Part shown: positions 36,213-47,309 of the stretch, piece after piece | How the letters are laid out: each line of letters begins with the position of its first letter | Position numbering within the stretch: position 1 is the first letter of the stretch | DNA from: Escherichia phage JoYop | Sequence record: OR769032.1 | Reading direction: 5' to 3' (one strand) | Length of the DNA stretch: 64,000 nt | Made by a program: the position numbers and the translations under genes | The notes under the pieces: model-generated | What the model saw: the letters and a program-made list of their open reading frames with translations, nothing else | The model's database searches: none | Told to the model about the DNA's origin: nothing

Positions 36213-38909
36213 TCAGCCAAACAGGAAGTCTAACGAAGCTTTTTCTTCATAGTCCATACCTGCCGATTCACACATACCTGCAAGTGGTTTAACAAACGAT
36301 TTTTGGAACAAAGTTGAGTAGTCAATCCAAGATAGTACGTCAGAACGAATTTCCTTTGGAAGTTCTGTTCCCGATGGCCAAGCAATACACTTATCACCAA
36401 ATGGGTTTCCTTCACGTAATGGAAGAACCATTACTTTATTTCCATCCAAAATTGGAGCTACACCTAAACCGCTAACAGCTCGACGATAAGTTAGCACACC
36501 ACGAATATGGAACGGGCATTTAAATCCTGGCCAACCTTTATCATCGTATTTCGCTATATCGTTCGCAGTTTTTACTTCAGCAATAACTTTATAGTCAAGT
36601 TGACGATATTCTTTCTCAAAGTTCTTGTAATATTCTTGGACAGACTCTTCACCTTCCTGAAGAATACGACGAATACTTTCTTCGAGAGCTTCTTGTACTG
36701 CTTTTGGTGTTGAACTCTGTTGAGTTTCCATACCCATGATTTTTAGATGCGGTTCAGCAAATCGCTTATCTTCCATATCATAAACGTTCAGAGCATAACG
36801 CTTTTTCGCTTTCCAAAAACCACCGACACCCTTTGAACCAAGTGGAGGACAAGAAATAGCTTCACGGTCCATATGCATCAGATGCTCGCGGTTATTCATA
36901 TAATCACATAACTCACGATATGCAACATCAATCATAGGTTCCATCTTTTTCTTACCGAACTGATTCATGAATTCAACTAAATCATTTTGTTCTTTAAAGC
37001 GGTCAAGACCTACTTTTTCAATAACTTTATCTACGCAAACATATACCGAATCAGTGTCACCAGCTGCGATGAAGTCTTCACCATTAGTTCCACACACTTT
37101 ATTCAGATACTCATTAATTTTACGAGCAATCCACTGAATACCAACTTGGCCGAAAATTGTGATAGCAGTAGCATTTCGCAAATCATAGTAACGGAAATGA
37201 ATATTACCAAGAGCACCATAAAGACTGTTAATAAGAATTTTACGGTTCAGCTGATTTGTATTAGCAAGTGTAGCAGCTTTTTCACATTCTTCAATCAAAC
37301 TATTGAGAACAGATTCAGTATAATTCGATAGTTCATTTAAGAAATCATCACTGAACTTAACATATCGTTCAACTTCCGGTTTAGTTGAACAAGTCCCTGC
37401 GCCTTTCATAATAATTTTTTTAATAGCTTCGGCATTCATTTCTTCTGCGAACATTTTCTTTTTCCAGTCTTTACGTTGGAAAAATACTTTAGCGATTTCC
37501 TTTGGAATGATACCTTCTTGGTGCTTATCATACATCCATCCATTCGGAGAGCAAGAATATTCATCACTTGGCTTAGGAGCTGTTCCTGCGATATATTCAT
37601 GAATTGGATGAACTTTAAACTGACCACGAATAGTCTCAGGACTAATGTTAACCTGACGAATAATGCTCGGATACAGAGAAGTTAAGTCAAAACTCATAAT
37701 ATACCGACGAGCAATCGGTTTAGGTTCAAACACAAATGCACCCGGAAAACTCTGCTTAACGTGTGAACCTTGCTGAGGAATAACCTTATGTTCACCTTTC
37801 AGTGAGTTAAAAATAATAGCATCCCAAGTTTTAATAGGACTCATTACGCCAGAAAAAGGCATTTTAGCGTAATAAGACATACTTAAAACCAGATCGATAA
37901 ACCCACGAATTTTATCGATTGCTTGAACTGATTCTACGTCAATGATGTTATAACTAATGTATCGTTGATGATTAGTCTCACGAAGTTTATTAATAGGACC
38001 ATCGTACGGTAATTTACCTTTTTTGGTTTCATGTTGAGCAACTGATTCCAAAGAGAATGACGGCAAATTAGTAAACGCGAATTTCTTATACAAATCTAAA
38101 TAATCAAGAATAGATACGCCATCAATAGAATAAATTTCTTTGCTACCGTACATGTTTTGAATTAGTTTAGATTTTACTCGACCGATTGGGGAGAAGCGTT
38201 TCATACTGCGTTCACCAAGAACCATTTTAACACGATTCATGATATACGGAACGTCAAATCCCTCAATATTCCAACCAGTAAAAATAGCAGGTCGTTTCTG
38301 TTCCCAGAGATTAATATATTCCATGAGCATATCACGCTCATTATCAAATGGCATATAAATTACTCGGTCAAGAATTTCTTGAGGAACTTCATCACCACCT
38401 TCACAGTCAAGCTTAGCAGCTAATTTTGCATCCCATTTTGATACTGAGCCATACATTGAATTCAACAAATCAAAGACGTAAAAACGGTCGTCAATTGAAT
38501 CATAATGAGTGATAGCATCAATTTCATATTCTGCTTTCATTGGGTCAGGAAATTTATCACCAGTAACCTCAATGTCACAGTTAGCTACACGAACAAATTT
38601 TCGGTCATAAACAATTTCCGAACCGTATGTATCACTGATATAAGCGAGTTTAAAATCGTTCATACCGAGAGCTTCGAGACCGATGTCTTCCATTCGCTTC
38701 ATCCAGTCTCGTGCATCTTTCATTGATGGAAATTTTTGAGGAGCGCAGTTTTTACCATAGATGTCTTTGTATTTTGACTCTTCCTTACAATGCCTAAACA
38801 TAGTCGGAAGATATTCTACTTCACGAGTACGTTCCTTTCCATTTTCATCAATATAACGCTCAACAATGTTATTTCCGACTGTTTCGATAGAGATATAAAA
38901 TTCTTTCAT
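36213..38909 (-). CDS. 43: DNA polymerase gp43 (family B)
   Basis: 898 aa, same size as T4 gp43; exonuclease and polymerase motifs (YGDTDS). Confidence 0.95.
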   Translation of the reverse strand: MKEFYISIETVGNNIVERYIDENGKERTREVEYLPTMFRHCKEESKYKDIYGKNCAPQKFPSMKDARDWMKRMEDIGLEALGMNDFKLAYISDTYGSEIVYDRKFVRVANCDIEVTGDKFPDPMKAEYEIDAITHYDSIDDRFYVFDLLNSMYGSVSKWDAKLAAKLDCEGGDEVPQEILDRVIYMPFDNERDMLMEYINLWEQKRPAIFTGWNIEGFDVPYIMNRVKMVLGERSMKRFSPIGRVKSKLIQNMYGSKEIYSIDGVSILDYLDLYKKFAFTNLPSFSLESVAQHETKKGKLPYDGPINKLRETNHQRYISYNIIDVESVQAIDKIRGFIDLVLSMSYYAKMPFSGVMSPIKTWDAIIFNSLKGEHKVIPQQGSHVKQSFPGAFVFEPKPIARRYIMSFDLTSLYPSIIRQVNISPETIRGQFKVHPIHEYIAGTAPKPSDEYSCSPNGWMYDKHQEGIIPKEIAKVFFQRKDWKKKMFAEEMNAEAIKKIIMKGAGTCSTKPEVERYVKFSDDFLNELSNYTESVLNSLIEECEKAATLANTNQLNRKILINSLYGALGNIHFRYYDLRNATAITIFGQVGIQWIARKINEYLNKVCGTNGEDFIAAGDTDSVYVCVDKVIEKVGLDRFKEQNDLVEFMNQFGKKKMEPMIDVAYRELCDYMNNREHLMHMDREAISCPPLGSKGVGGFWKAKKRYALNVYDMEDKRFAEPHLKIMGMETQQSSTPKAVQEALEESIRRILQEGEESVQEYYKNFEKEYRQLDYKVIAEVKTANDIAKYDDKGWPGFKCPFHIRGVLTYRRAVSGLGVAPILDGNKVMVLPLREGNPFGDKCIAWPSGTELPKEIRSDVLSWIDYSTLFQKSFVKPLAGMCESAGMDYEEKASLDFLFG

Positions 38910-38926
38910 AGATATTCCTTAGTTTA

Positions 38927-38944
38927 TAGCCCGAGTTATTAGGC
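38927..38944 (-). promoter_or_regulatory. gp43 translational operator hairpin next to the SD
   Basis: mRNA sequence AGCCUAAUAACUCGGGCU followed by AUAAACUAAGGAAUAUCUAUG, as I recall for the T4 gene 43 operator. Confidence 0.5.
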
Positions 38945-38967
38945 TCTTGATATATTATACTCCAAAT

Positions 38968-38985
38968 AAGGGGCCGAAGCCCCTT
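38968..38985 (-). terminator. terminator hairpin (AAGGGGC-UUCG-GCCCCUU) between regA and gene 43
   Basis: Perfect 7-bp stem with tetraloop. Confidence 0.5.
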
Positions 38986-39210
38986 GCTTAAATTAGTACT
39001 ATTTGTCGGGTGAAAATTGTCAATCCATTTGCATCAATTGACTTAACGACTGCAGTAAAGTGTTTTTGTTCTGGGTGAATTAATTTTTGAAATTCTACCT
39101 GAAATTTTAGTTGGAGGTTTTCTGGTAAATCAAAAAGTGTTTCTGTCGCAGAAAGATTGTATTTTTCTTTAAGAGACGCCATGTATTCTTGCGGAGTTAT
39201 AGCAGTCATA

Positions 39211-39579
39211 TTAATTACCAATCGTATATTTAGGAACGAGTTTCCATTCATGTTTTTGTTTAAAAGAAATAACTCGGAAGTTATTAGTTAAATCTTTCAT
39301 AAAAGTTCTTTGGCCAGGAGCGATTTCAATCAGTCCCCAATCTTCTAACAGCCACGCAATCGAATCACGACGAATTTCATCTTCTTCTGTCATTTCAACT
39401 TGGCGACCATCCATGCGAAGCATTTCTTTAAAATGAACGATATAGTATAGTCCTTTTTTCTGGAGAATATGACAGGACTGATACAGAACTTTATCTTTGT
39501 TATTAGCAATTCCCATACGAGTCAAAGTTTCTTTTACTTTCAGAAAATCTTCAGGTTTTTTAAGAGTAATTTCAATCAT
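39211..39579 (-). CDS. regA: RegA translational repressor
   Basis: 122 aa, MIEITLKKPEDFLKVKETLTRMGIANNKDKVLYQSCHILQKKGLYYIVHFKEM... matches recalled T4 RegA. Confidence 0.9.
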   Translation of the reverse strand: MIEITLKKPEDFLKVKETLTRMGIANNKDKVLYQSCHILQKKGLYYIVHFKEMLRMDGRQVEMTEEDEIRRDSIAWLLEDWGLIEIAPGQRTFMKDLTNNFRVISFKQKHEWKLVPKYTIGN

Positions 39580-39580
39580 T

Positions 39581-40144
39581 TTACCATTCCAATGCTAGTT
39601 TTTTGAGTTGTTTCTGTTCTTTTACGTTCTTAGTCACTTCTTTCAAAAAATCATCCGTGACTAAACCTTTTAGTTCTTTTAATACTAAAGGAAGTTTTCC
39701 ATTTTTAGTAAGAATTGATTTATAGTTAATTGCATCATTCGTATTAACTTGATACCGCTTAGCAAGTAACTTAATAATCAATACTTCGGTAGAATCTTCA
39801 ACCAGTTTCGCCCATTTACCATATCTTTTACCACGAGGAACTGCAGCCATTAGATAATTAAAATGAGCTTCATCACTTAATCCAGAACCGATTAAATTCA
39901 TTGCATACACTGCCGGCATGCACTCCGGAAATTGTGATAGTGCATTTTCAACCATGAATTTTGAATAATCTTTTTGAGCAATAGAGCATTTAGTTTTATT
40001 ATTAATAGCTCCAATTATTTCAAAAAATTCATTTTCAGCTTTTTCTTTAAAAGAATCAGCAGCAGATTGGACAGCTGTCCAATCTTTTGAATACCAAGCA
40101 ACTTGATGCTCGTTTAATTGAATATCATCTTCAAATAAGCTCAT
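39581..40144 (-). CDS. 62: clamp loader small subunit gp62
   Basis: 187 aa, same size and position as T4 gp62. Confidence 0.85.
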   Translation of the reverse strand: MSLFEDDIQLNEHQVAWYSKDWTAVQSAADSFKEKAENEFFEIIGAINNKTKCSIAQKDYSKFMVENALSQFPECMPAVYAMNLIGSGLSDEAHFNYLMAAVPRGKRYGKWAKLVEDSTEVLIIKLLAKRYQVNTNDAINYKSILTKNGKLPLVLKELKGLVTDDFLKEVTKNVKEQKQLKKLALEW

Positions 40145-40145
40145 A

Positions 40146-41105
40146 TCACTTCCACTGCATTTCGCATGCTAATTGAATGAAAAGATAAGCTAAATGTAAT
40201 TCCGTGTTAGCTGCAATTCCATGATACTGGTTATTTTCACCGACAATTTCATACATGCGAATAATACTCTGTGGAGTTACACGTGAATAAATTTCTTCGG
40301 CAAGTTTACCAACGAACCAAGAATAATCAGCCGCATATTTTGGTGCTAAAGCTCTGAGTTGTTTAACATCTTTATTTTTGAGAGACTCAAGAACATCATC
40401 AATAGCACCACGATCGTTAGTAACCAGTGATAAAATACCAGCATCCAAAACACCTTTAGATGAATAACTATCGAGCTCACCAATAGTTTTACGAAAATCA
40501 GGAAAATTCTTTTTAACCAAAGCTGCTACAACTTTCATATCAGCTATAGCAATTCCTTCATGCTTGCAGATTTCAGTCAATCGACGAATCATCTGCTTCA
40601 TCATTTCAATTTTATCTTCATCGGTCGGTTGACCGAACGTAATAACTCGGCAGCGTGACTGAAGTGGTTTAATAATACCATCAATATTGTTAGCAGTAAT
40701 AATAATACTACAGTTTGAACTATAAGCTTCCATAAAGGAACGAAGATGCCGCTGAGACTCTGCTAACCCTGAACGGTCAAATTCATCAATAACGATTACT
40801 TTTTGACGACCATCAAATGAAGCTGCACTGGCAAAATTAGTCAAAGGACCACGAACGAAATCAATTTTACAATCTGACCCATTCACAAACATCATATCAG
40901 CATTTACATCATGGCACAATGCTTTTGCTACGGTTGTTTTACCTGTTCCTGGAGAAGGAGAATGAAGAATAATATGTGGAATCTTACCTTTACTTGTAAT
41001 AGATTTAAAGGTTTCTTTATCAAAGGCGGGAAGAATACATTCATCGATAGTAGATGGACGATATTTCTGTTCAAGAATGTGTTCTTTTTCATTTACAGTA
41101 ATCAT
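40146..41105 (-). CDS. 44: clamp loader ATPase gp44
   Basis: Track ORF trimmed to [17 protein letters not shown] (319 aa); Walker [11 protein letters not shown]. Confidence 0.9.
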
Positions 41106-41137
41106 AATTTCCTCATTCAAGTTTTAGTGTAAATTAT

Positions 41138-41155
41138 AAAGGGCCGAAGCCCTTT
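41138..41155 (-). terminator. hairpin (AAAGGGC-UUCG-GCCCUUU) between genes 45 and 44; partial terminator or processing signal
   Basis: Perfect stem with tetraloop in the 36-bp gap. Confidence 0.45.
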
Positions 41156-41156
41156 A

Positions 41157-41843
41157 TTAAAAGTCGTGGGTAGAATCAGCTTCAAGAGCTACTACATAAT
41201 TCGCATGTTCACCTTCAAATTTAGCAGCACCTTGTTTACCTTTTGCCCAAAGCAGAAGTTTATAATTTCCTGGTTGCATTTTCATATTTGCCATATTGAT
41301 AATGAAATTAAATGTATTTTCACCATCATAATCACCAAGAGTCAAAGAATATTTAACACGAGTCAAAGCAGAATCTTCTACTTTATTAAAACCGTTAATT
41401 ACGATTTTACCTTCTTTTACTGTGATAGCAATTGTATCAATCTGCAGACCACGAGATACACGCAACAGCTGTTGAAGGTCTTCAGCTTTAATTTCAGTAA
41501 CAACAGATGCTACCGGGAATGGAATTGGTTTATTAGGAGCAACTACTGTACTTGGATCGGCTGCTGGCCAAAAAATTGTTGAGCGGGCATCAGCAATTTT
41601 AATATTTCCATCTTCTGACTGGGAAATTTCTGCATCATCATTAACTAAGGACAGAATACCAAGAAAACCGTTCAAATCGTAAATTGCTACATCAAAATCA
41701 ATAACGTCAGAAATATTTGCTTCCGCATAAGTTGTACCATTAACTGCGCGAGTCATAATAAATTGACCTGATTTAAGCATAATACCGGAGTTAATAGTAG
41801 CGAAATTTTTAAGCAGAGCAGTAGTATCTTTAGACAGTTTCAT
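41157..41843 (-). CDS. 45: sliding clamp gp45
   Basis: 228 aa, same size and position as T4 gp45. Confidence 0.9.
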   Translation of the reverse strand: MKLSKDTTALLKNFATINSGIMLKSGQFIMTRAVNGTTYAEANISDVIDFDVAIYDLNGFLGILSLVNDDAEISQSEDGNIKIADARSTIFWPAADPSTVVAPNKPIPFPVASVVTEIKAEDLQQLLRVSRGLQIDTIAITVKEGKIVINGFNKVEDSALTRVKYSLTLGDYDGENTFNFIINMANMKMQPGNYKLLLWAKGKQGAAKFEGEHANYVVALEADSTHDF

Positions 41844-41898
41844 GTAATTTCCTTCAATTCAAATGAGATTTAATTTTATAACTAATTTAATAAAGCAA

Positions 41899-42288
41899 TT
41901 AACGATTAAAATCAGAAGCAATTGTTTCTGCAACAATTTGAGCAGCAACAATTAGACGTTCATCTGCATTACCGCAATAATCATCTTCAAGGCGTTCACC
42001 ACATGAAGTCATAATAAATTTAGCACCAGCATTTAGGGATTCTGCAGTATGTTTACGCATTAGTTCAATCCATTTATCACTTACTTCACGATCGATAGCT
42101 TCATAATACGCATGACGAGCTGGAGCAGATTTAATTTTATCCTGAATAATTTCCATTGCGTTTTCAGAAAGAGACAAAACCCATGCTCGACGAATTTTAT
42201 TTTGGTTTTGCGGATTTGAGTCAGAACGCACGTGTTTTGGCTGAATATCTTTTACATCAACGTTATAATTCACAGTAATTTTAGTCAT
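41899..42288 (-). CDS. rpbA: RNA polymerase-binding protein RpbA
   Basis: 129 aa, same size and position as T4 rpbA. Confidence 0.75.
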   Translation of the reverse strand: MTKITVNYNVDVKDIQPKHVRSDSNPQNQNKIRRAWVLSLSENAMEIIQDKIKSAPARHAYYEAIDREVSDKWIELMRKHTAESLNAGAKFIMTSCGERLEDDYCGNADERLIVAAQIVAETIASDFNR

Positions 42289-42297
42289 AATACACCT

Positions 42298-42486
42298 TTA
42301 GTCATAATAATCAGTAACAGTCCAAGCTTCATTTCTGTTGGACATTATTTTTGTATATTCTGATTTAAATGCATTCTTAAGCATAGATTCAGTAACTATA
42401 TGCTCTTCATTAGAAAAATTATTTCTCAGAATATATCGTTTTATTTCAGGAAAAGTTAATAAATGCTGTCCAGTTGAATATTCCAT
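42298..42486 (-). CDS. hypothetical protein (62 aa)
   Basis: Track ORF between gene 46 and rpbA. Confidence 0.5.
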   Translation of the reverse strand: MEYSTGQHLLTFPEIKRYILRNNFSNEEHIVTESMLKNAFKSEYTKIMSNRNEAWTVTDYYD

Positions 42487-42541
42487 GTTTTTCCTCCATA
42501 GAGATTATACTCTAATAAATTAAAGCATAATCTCTTGTAAA

Positions 42542-44224
42542 TTAAGCCATTACAGTAAATCGACCAACTTTCTTCATTTGAAGATGCTGACCATATTCTT
42601 GTGGGTCATGGTCTTTATGCGAAATTATAAAAACATTAGTATTTTTCATTGAATTTATAATATTCGCTACACCTTTAATACCTTCGGCATCAAATGACCC
42701 ATCAAACACTTCATCGAGTATTAATGTACTAATACTAACACCAGATACAATAGAAGCAATATCACGCCAAGTAAATAAAAGAGCAATATCAATTCTTGCC
42801 TTTTCACCTTCACTAAATGAAGCATAACTAAAATCTTCACGACCGCGGGATTTAATTGTCTCATTAAATTCTTCATCTAATGTAAACACATAATCCGCTT
42901 CCATTATTTTAAGATAATGGTTAATCTGCTTATTGAATAATGGAATGTACTTTTTAATAATAGCACCTTTAATACCAGAATCTTTGAGCATATCAGTCAA
43001 AATTCCTCGGTGGTATTTTTCCATTACTAAATTAGTTTTTGTCTTAACAATTTTATCAAGTTCTTCTTGAAGCAGTGCTATTTCATCAGCATGGTCAATA
43101 AACTCAGAAGATGCTTTTTCTATAGCCGCTTTAACCTTTTTAGCTTTATCTACCGTCGTGATTAAAGATTGCTTTTTATTGCGAATATCATTTGCCAACG
43201 ACTGCTGGGTTTTAATATTATCTCGATATTCATCAACAAGAACTTTTAAATTATCACGATGTGTTGAAAGCTGTTCAAACGAATGCGTGCATTCAGAAAC
43301 TTTATCTTTAATTTTAGAAACAACTTTGTCACCGGAACTTAATTGTGACAAACAGGTTGGACATAATCCACCTTCGTGATACATATTAATGACTTTATTA
43401 TACGAGTCAATTTTTGATTTAATTAAAAATGCTTCTTGACCGATTTTATTAAATGCATCAGTCGGGTCTTCATCTAAAACAATATTAACTAATCTTTCAT
43501 TAGCTTCTTCAATTTCTGATTTTAGCGTTCTAGCTTCTTTTGCTAAATCATCATACATATTCTGCAGACGAGTAAGGTTGTCACCAGTTAATTTTTTCTG
43601 GCGTTCAACGTTATCATTATATATTTTAATTTGTTGGATAATACTATCTTTTTTAACGTCAAGCACTTGGTTTTGTGAATTTAATTCACGTATTAGTGCT
43701 TTATTAAGCTTATCCATTTCAGCTAATGTTCCTACCTCGAGCAGGTCTTCCACAAGCTTTCTTCGCGCAGGGGTCGACAAACCCATGAAAGGGGTATACC
43801 CTGCTGTACCAAGGACAACAATCTGCTTGAAACTGGCATATGACATTCCGATAAGCTGTTCAAATTCTGCTTGGAAATCTTTACTGCTGGCAGATTCATT
43901 AAGACGTGTACCGTTAACGGTGATTTCGAAAACGTTTGGTTTTTGTCCTCTTTTGATATAGTACTTTTTCTCATCATATTCCATCCACAGTTCAACTAAA
44001 AGTTCTTTCTTATTTGTGCTGTTTATTAATTGGCCTTTCTTTACATCGCGAAATGGCTTGCCAAAAAGCCCAAATGTGATGGCTTCTAACATAGTAGACT
44101 TACCACCGCCATTTCGTCCAGTAATAAGAGTTTTTTGAACCTTATCTAATTGAATGTCAATAGGATTTTGTCCAACTGACATTATATTTTTATATTTTAC
44201 TCTGTTAAGTTTAAAATTCTTCAC
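42542..44224 (-). CDS. 46: recombination nuclease subunit gp46 (Rad50/SbcC-like ATPase)
   Basis: 560 aa; Walker A GRNGGGKST; coiled-coil middle; C-terminal ABC signature region. Confidence 0.9.
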   Translation of the reverse strand: MKNFKLNRVKYKNIMSVGQNPIDIQLDKVQKTLITGRNGGGKSTMLEAITFGLFGKPFRDVKKGQLINSTNKKELLVELWMEYDEKKYYIKRGQKPNVFEITVNGTRLNESASSKDFQAEFEQLIGMSYASFKQIVVLGTAGYTPFMGLSTPARRKLVEDLLEVGTLAEMDKLNKALIRELNSQNQVLDVKKDSIIQQIKIYNDNVERQKKLTGDNLTRLQNMYDDLAKEARTLKSEIEEANERLVNIVLDEDPTDAFNKIGQEAFLIKSKIDSYNKVINMYHEGGLCPTCLSQLSSGDKVVSKIKDKVSECTHSFEQLSTHRDNLKVLVDEYRDNIKTQQSLANDIRNKKQSLITTVDKAKKVKAAIEKASSEFIDHADEIALLQEELDKIVKTKTNLVMEKYHRGILTDMLKDSGIKGAIIKKYIPLFNKQINHYLKIMEADYVFTLDEEFNETIKSRGREDFSYASFSEGEKARIDIALLFTWRDIASIVSGVSISTLILDEVFDGSFDAEGIKGVANIINSMKNTNVFIISHKDHDPQEYGQHLQMKKVGRFTVMA

Positions 44225-44484
44225 AAAAGATTCCTTTTAATGTATCTTTTAGACCATTCTATCATATCATCATAATCTAAAAAGTATTCATCAAATTCAG
44301 CCATACAAACAACGCCTTGTGCTGCTTTTGATGTGATATAAATTATTCCAACATATCTAGAATCTTCTTCGGTGTAATCAATATTTGCTATGAATTCATC
44401 ATTAATGTCAAATGTCGAAAACTTCACAGTATGCATCCTTAATACAAGATACAGCCATATCTTGTAATGATTTAGGTGTATCAT
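44221..44484 (-). CDS. hypothetical protein (87 aa)
   Basis: Track ORF between genes 47 and 46. Confidence 0.5.
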   Translation of the reverse strand: MIHLNHYKIWLYLVLRMHTVKFSTFDINDEFIANIDYTEEDSRYVGIIYITSKAAQGVVCMAEFDEYFLDYDDMIEWSKRYIKRNLL

Positions 44485-44671
44485 TATCTAAAATGTTGAA
44501 GTTAAAAGATACAGCCCAGTCAGTGCAGACTGTAACCTTTTTAATACAATTATCTTCAACCTCTAGCGGTTCAAACCAGTATTCAATAATATCTTTATGA
44601 CCAATATCATCTTTTACTTCGCATTCAAAATGCTGACTCATCATAACATTTTTAAATTCATCAAAAGTCAT
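44408..44671 (-). CDS. hypothetical protein (87 aa)
   Basis: Track ORF between genes 47 and 46; overlaps neighbour, start may be internal. Confidence 0.45.
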   Translation of the reverse strand: MTFDEFKNVMMSQHFECEVKDDIGHKDIIEYWFEPLEVEDNCIKKVTVCTDWAVSFNFNILDNDTPKSLQDMAVSCIKDAYCEVFDI

Positions 44672-45687
44672 TGTGTTGCCTCTACATATAACTGATTTGC
44701 ATATTGAATAAGTGCTTCACGGTCAGAATCAGTGATGTCTGGAATTGCATTAATATACTCTTCCATCAACGTCTGAAGCGATTGAACTTCAACTTCTTCA
44801 CTATCATCTGACTCGACAGAGTTATCAATCTTTGACACAACTCGTAATGAATGCACAACTTTTTCTAGCTCAGATTCGAACTTCGTCAGATTTTTGTCTA
44901 CCTCAGTTACTATAACACGTACTGATAGATTTGTAAAATCTTTATAATCAATTTTTCCCTTAAATGGATATTGAATTCGACGATGCCAAGTAGTATTGTT
45001 TGGAATAAATTCCATTCGTTCTGTTTCTGTGTCAAACATCCAGAACCCACGAGGGTCATTCTCGTCACCTGCAGTTAGTGTCCATGGTGTCCCAATATAT
45101 TTGACGTTTGCAGCCTCAGAAATAGTATGGAAGTGACCAGACCACACTTCTTTATAAGTCTTAAGGAAATCAGGTTCAAGACCGTGAGATTTCATTCCTT
45201 TATAAAAATAAAATCCATTCAGTTCCCAGTGACCGACACAAAAAGAAGCAGATGAAGTTTTGATATGCTCAAGAATTTCACCAGTATTTTCTTCGCACAT
45301 CCAAGGAATCAAATCAATCAAACATCCGTCAAAATCTACTGTAGTAGGCTTATCATATACTTTAACATTAGGATATTTAGCCAAAAGCTCAGTAGAGGCA
45401 TTTGGAGTTAAAGTATTTTTGAAGTGCATATCATGGTTTCCTACAATAGTATGTAGGGTAATACCAGCATCATCAAGCATTTGAACTATTTCACGAGCGA
45501 ACTCCATAGTTTTATGCGTGATTGCTTTTCGCACATCAAAAATATCGCCGTATTGAATCCAGGTAGTAATTCCATTTTTCTTAGAATATTCTATAGCTTG
45601 CTTAATTCCATCCAGCTGAATGGATTGAACCCACTCATCATCGGCTTTAACGCCTAAATGCCAATCACCTAAATTTAAAATTTTCAT
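44668..45687 (-). CDS. 47: recombination nuclease subunit gp47 (Mre11/SbcD-like)
   Basis: 339 aa; phosphoesterase motifs (LGDWH, GNHD); same size as T4 gp47. Confidence 0.9.
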   Translation of the reverse strand: MKILNLGDWHLGVKADDEWVQSIQLDGIKQAIEYSKKNGITTWIQYGDIFDVRKAITHKTMEFAREIVQMLDDAGITLHTIVGNHDMHFKNTLTPNASTELLAKYPNVKVYDKPTTVDFDGCLIDLIPWMCEENTGEILEHIKTSSASFCVGHWELNGFYFYKGMKSHGLEPDFLKTYKEVWSGHFHTISEAANVKYIGTPWTLTAGDENDPRGFWMFDTETERMEFIPNNTTWHRRIQYPFKGKIDYKDFTNLSVRVIVTEVDKNLTKFESELEKVVHSLRVVSKIDNSVESDDSEEVEVQSLQTLMEEYINAIPDITDSDREALIQYANQLYVEATQ

Positions 45688-45824
45688 ATATCAAGAACCG
45701 TCATTGAAATGCAAAATAAAATTATTGAAATAAATCCATCTGGAGTGTTAAAAAACCCAATCCAACATGCTCTAGCGAATAGATAAAATGCAAGAAAAAG
45801 TATCACATATCCAAGAAATATCAT
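45684..45824 (-). CDS. small membrane peptide (46 aa)
   Basis: Manual translation MIFLGYVILFLAFYLFARACWIGFFNTPDGFISIILFCISMTVLDI; ATGA overlap with gene 47. Confidence 0.4.
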   Translation of the reverse strand: MIFLGYVILFLAFYLFARACWIGFFNTPDGFISIILFCISMTVLDI

Positions 45825-45846
45825 TATATCAAACTCCGTATAAAGC

Positions 45847-45864
45847 TAAAGGGCCGAAGCCCTT
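45847..45864 (-). terminator. terminator hairpin after alpha-gt (AAAGGGC-UUCG-GCCCUUU)
   Basis: Perfect stem with tetraloop overlapping the alpha-gt stop. Confidence 0.5.
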
Positions 45865-47066
45865 TATTTTGTAATAATGTCAAACTGTTCTTTAAAACAG
45901 AAGCTTGAATCTTGGTGCTGATACAAAAATTCATAAGCTTTTTCACGTTCACGATCATAAAGAGCTCGGTCAGATGACAGTTCTTTAATTCGTTCAAATG
46001 TTGATTCCATGTCATTTTCATCAAACCAAACGATACCGCTATCATGCGAAATTAACGGAGTATTATCAACACGGAATTTTAAATTTTCGCCAGTAGATTT
46101 CCAAAATACCGGAATTGTTCCGCACGCACCAAGCTCGAGATGAGTATATTCTAAAGAACGTTGTAGATATTTTTTGTCCAACTTACTCAGCTGATAACCA
46201 AATCCGGATTTACTCATGCGTTCAAGCATTTCGCTATTTACATAACGGTCAAGAATTTGCGTTGGCAAATTAGGAGCAATTTTAATTTGGTCTACTTGAT
46301 GAAGACGATAATACTCGTATGGAATTCCTTTTTCTTTAATAGGAATGAATGCCGGAGAACGTTCCAGACCTTCCATAATAGTACTTAGTCCTGCAGGTTT
46401 AAGATGTTTTTCGTGAAAATCAAACATCTGATAAAAACCTTTCCACGTAGTTGTACGACCAATCCAACGGTTGATATTCATGTTAATTTCAGAAACATCT
46501 TTCCAGTAAGTTGATCGAACCTTCGCAATATCCATAGGAGGCTGAAAGTTATATACGGTCGGTGCTTCTTCAATATCATCAAACAAAGAAACTGTTTCTG
46601 GATACCATTCTTTCATCAAAACTTTATTAAAGTCACCATTATCAGAATGACTAAAAATAACATCAGCTCGACGAACAGTTTCTTCTAATCCCAAATTTCG
46701 GCGTAAAGAAAGAGAAGAATGGTCATGTTGATAAACTACAACACGAACAGAAGGTTTAATGTTATCAATAATTTTTTTATAGTTATTAATTGTGTCTTCT
46801 TCAACTGAAGTAGCAGGAACTGAATTGATAACTAGAATATCACAATCATTTACCAGCTTAAGTGTTTTATCGTATTCTTTTGCCAATAAAACTGGAATTG
46901 AAAATGACTTATAATCATGCGCGCAATTACGAGTAAATGATTTATCTTTAGCATAAACCAAAGTTACTTCATGACCATTTTTAATAAACCAATCACGCTG
47001 CTCAAGAGAAAATTTAGTTACGCCACAACCTTCAAGACCTCGAGCCATAAAAATGCATACTTTCAT
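45864..47066 (-). CDS. agt: DNA alpha-glucosyltransferase
   Basis: 400 aa, same size and position (between gene 47 and gene 55 region) as T4 alpha-gt. Confidence 0.8.
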   Translation of the reverse strand: MKVCIFMARGLEGCGVTKFSLEQRDWFIKNGHEVTLVYAKDKSFTRNCAHDYKSFSIPVLLAKEYDKTLKLVNDCDILVINSVPATSVEEDTINNYKKIIDNIKPSVRVVVYQHDHSSLSLRRNLGLEETVRRADVIFSHSDNGDFNKVLMKEWYPETVSLFDDIEEAPTVYNFQPPMDIAKVRSTYWKDVSEINMNINRWIGRTTTWKGFYQMFDFHEKHLKPAGLSTIMEGLERSPAFIPIKEKGIPYEYYRLHQVDQIKIAPNLPTQILDRYVNSEMLERMSKSGFGYQLSKLDKKYLQRSLEYTHLELGACGTIPVFWKSTGENLKFRVDNTPLISHDSGIVWFDENDMESTFERIKELSSDRALYDREREKAYEFLYQHQDSSFCFKEQFDIITK

Positions 47067-47116
47067 TTAATATCCTCATTGTTTTGGTTTATTTTACCAA
47101 AAATTTATAAAGCAAT

Positions 47117-47136
47117 ATAGGAGCCGAAGCTCCTAT
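47117..47136 (-). terminator. hairpin (AUAGGAGC-UUCG-GCUCCUAU) upstream of alpha-gt
   Basis: Perfect 8-bp stem with tetraloop. Confidence 0.45.
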
Positions 47137-47306
47137 CCGCATAATACGCCATACAGAGGCTCATTAGAACTTCTAAATTTTATACGCTTATATTTTATAG
47201 TTCCTTCTGCTTTAGCTTTATCATGAGACTCTTTAAAGCGTCTCATCATTTCTTCTTTAGAGGAACGAATTTTATTATAATCTATTTCAGAGGTCTGGGC
47301 GTTCAT
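47133..47306 (-). CDS. hypothetical basic protein (57 aa)
   Basis: Manual translation MNAQTSEIDYNKIRSSKEEMMRRFKESHDKAKAEGTIKYKRIKFRSSNEPLYGVLCG. Confidence 0.35.
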   Translation of the reverse strand: MNAQTSEIDYNKIRSSKEEMMRRFKESHDKAKAEGTIKYKRIKFRSSNEPLYGVLCG

Positions 47307-47309
47307 CTT

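Noticed and set aside
38988-39251. Track ORF (87 aa) between gene 43 and regA
   Set aside because: It overlaps the regA start and the gene 43 operator/terminator region, where I do not recall a gene in T4; kept out of the feature list as unsupported.
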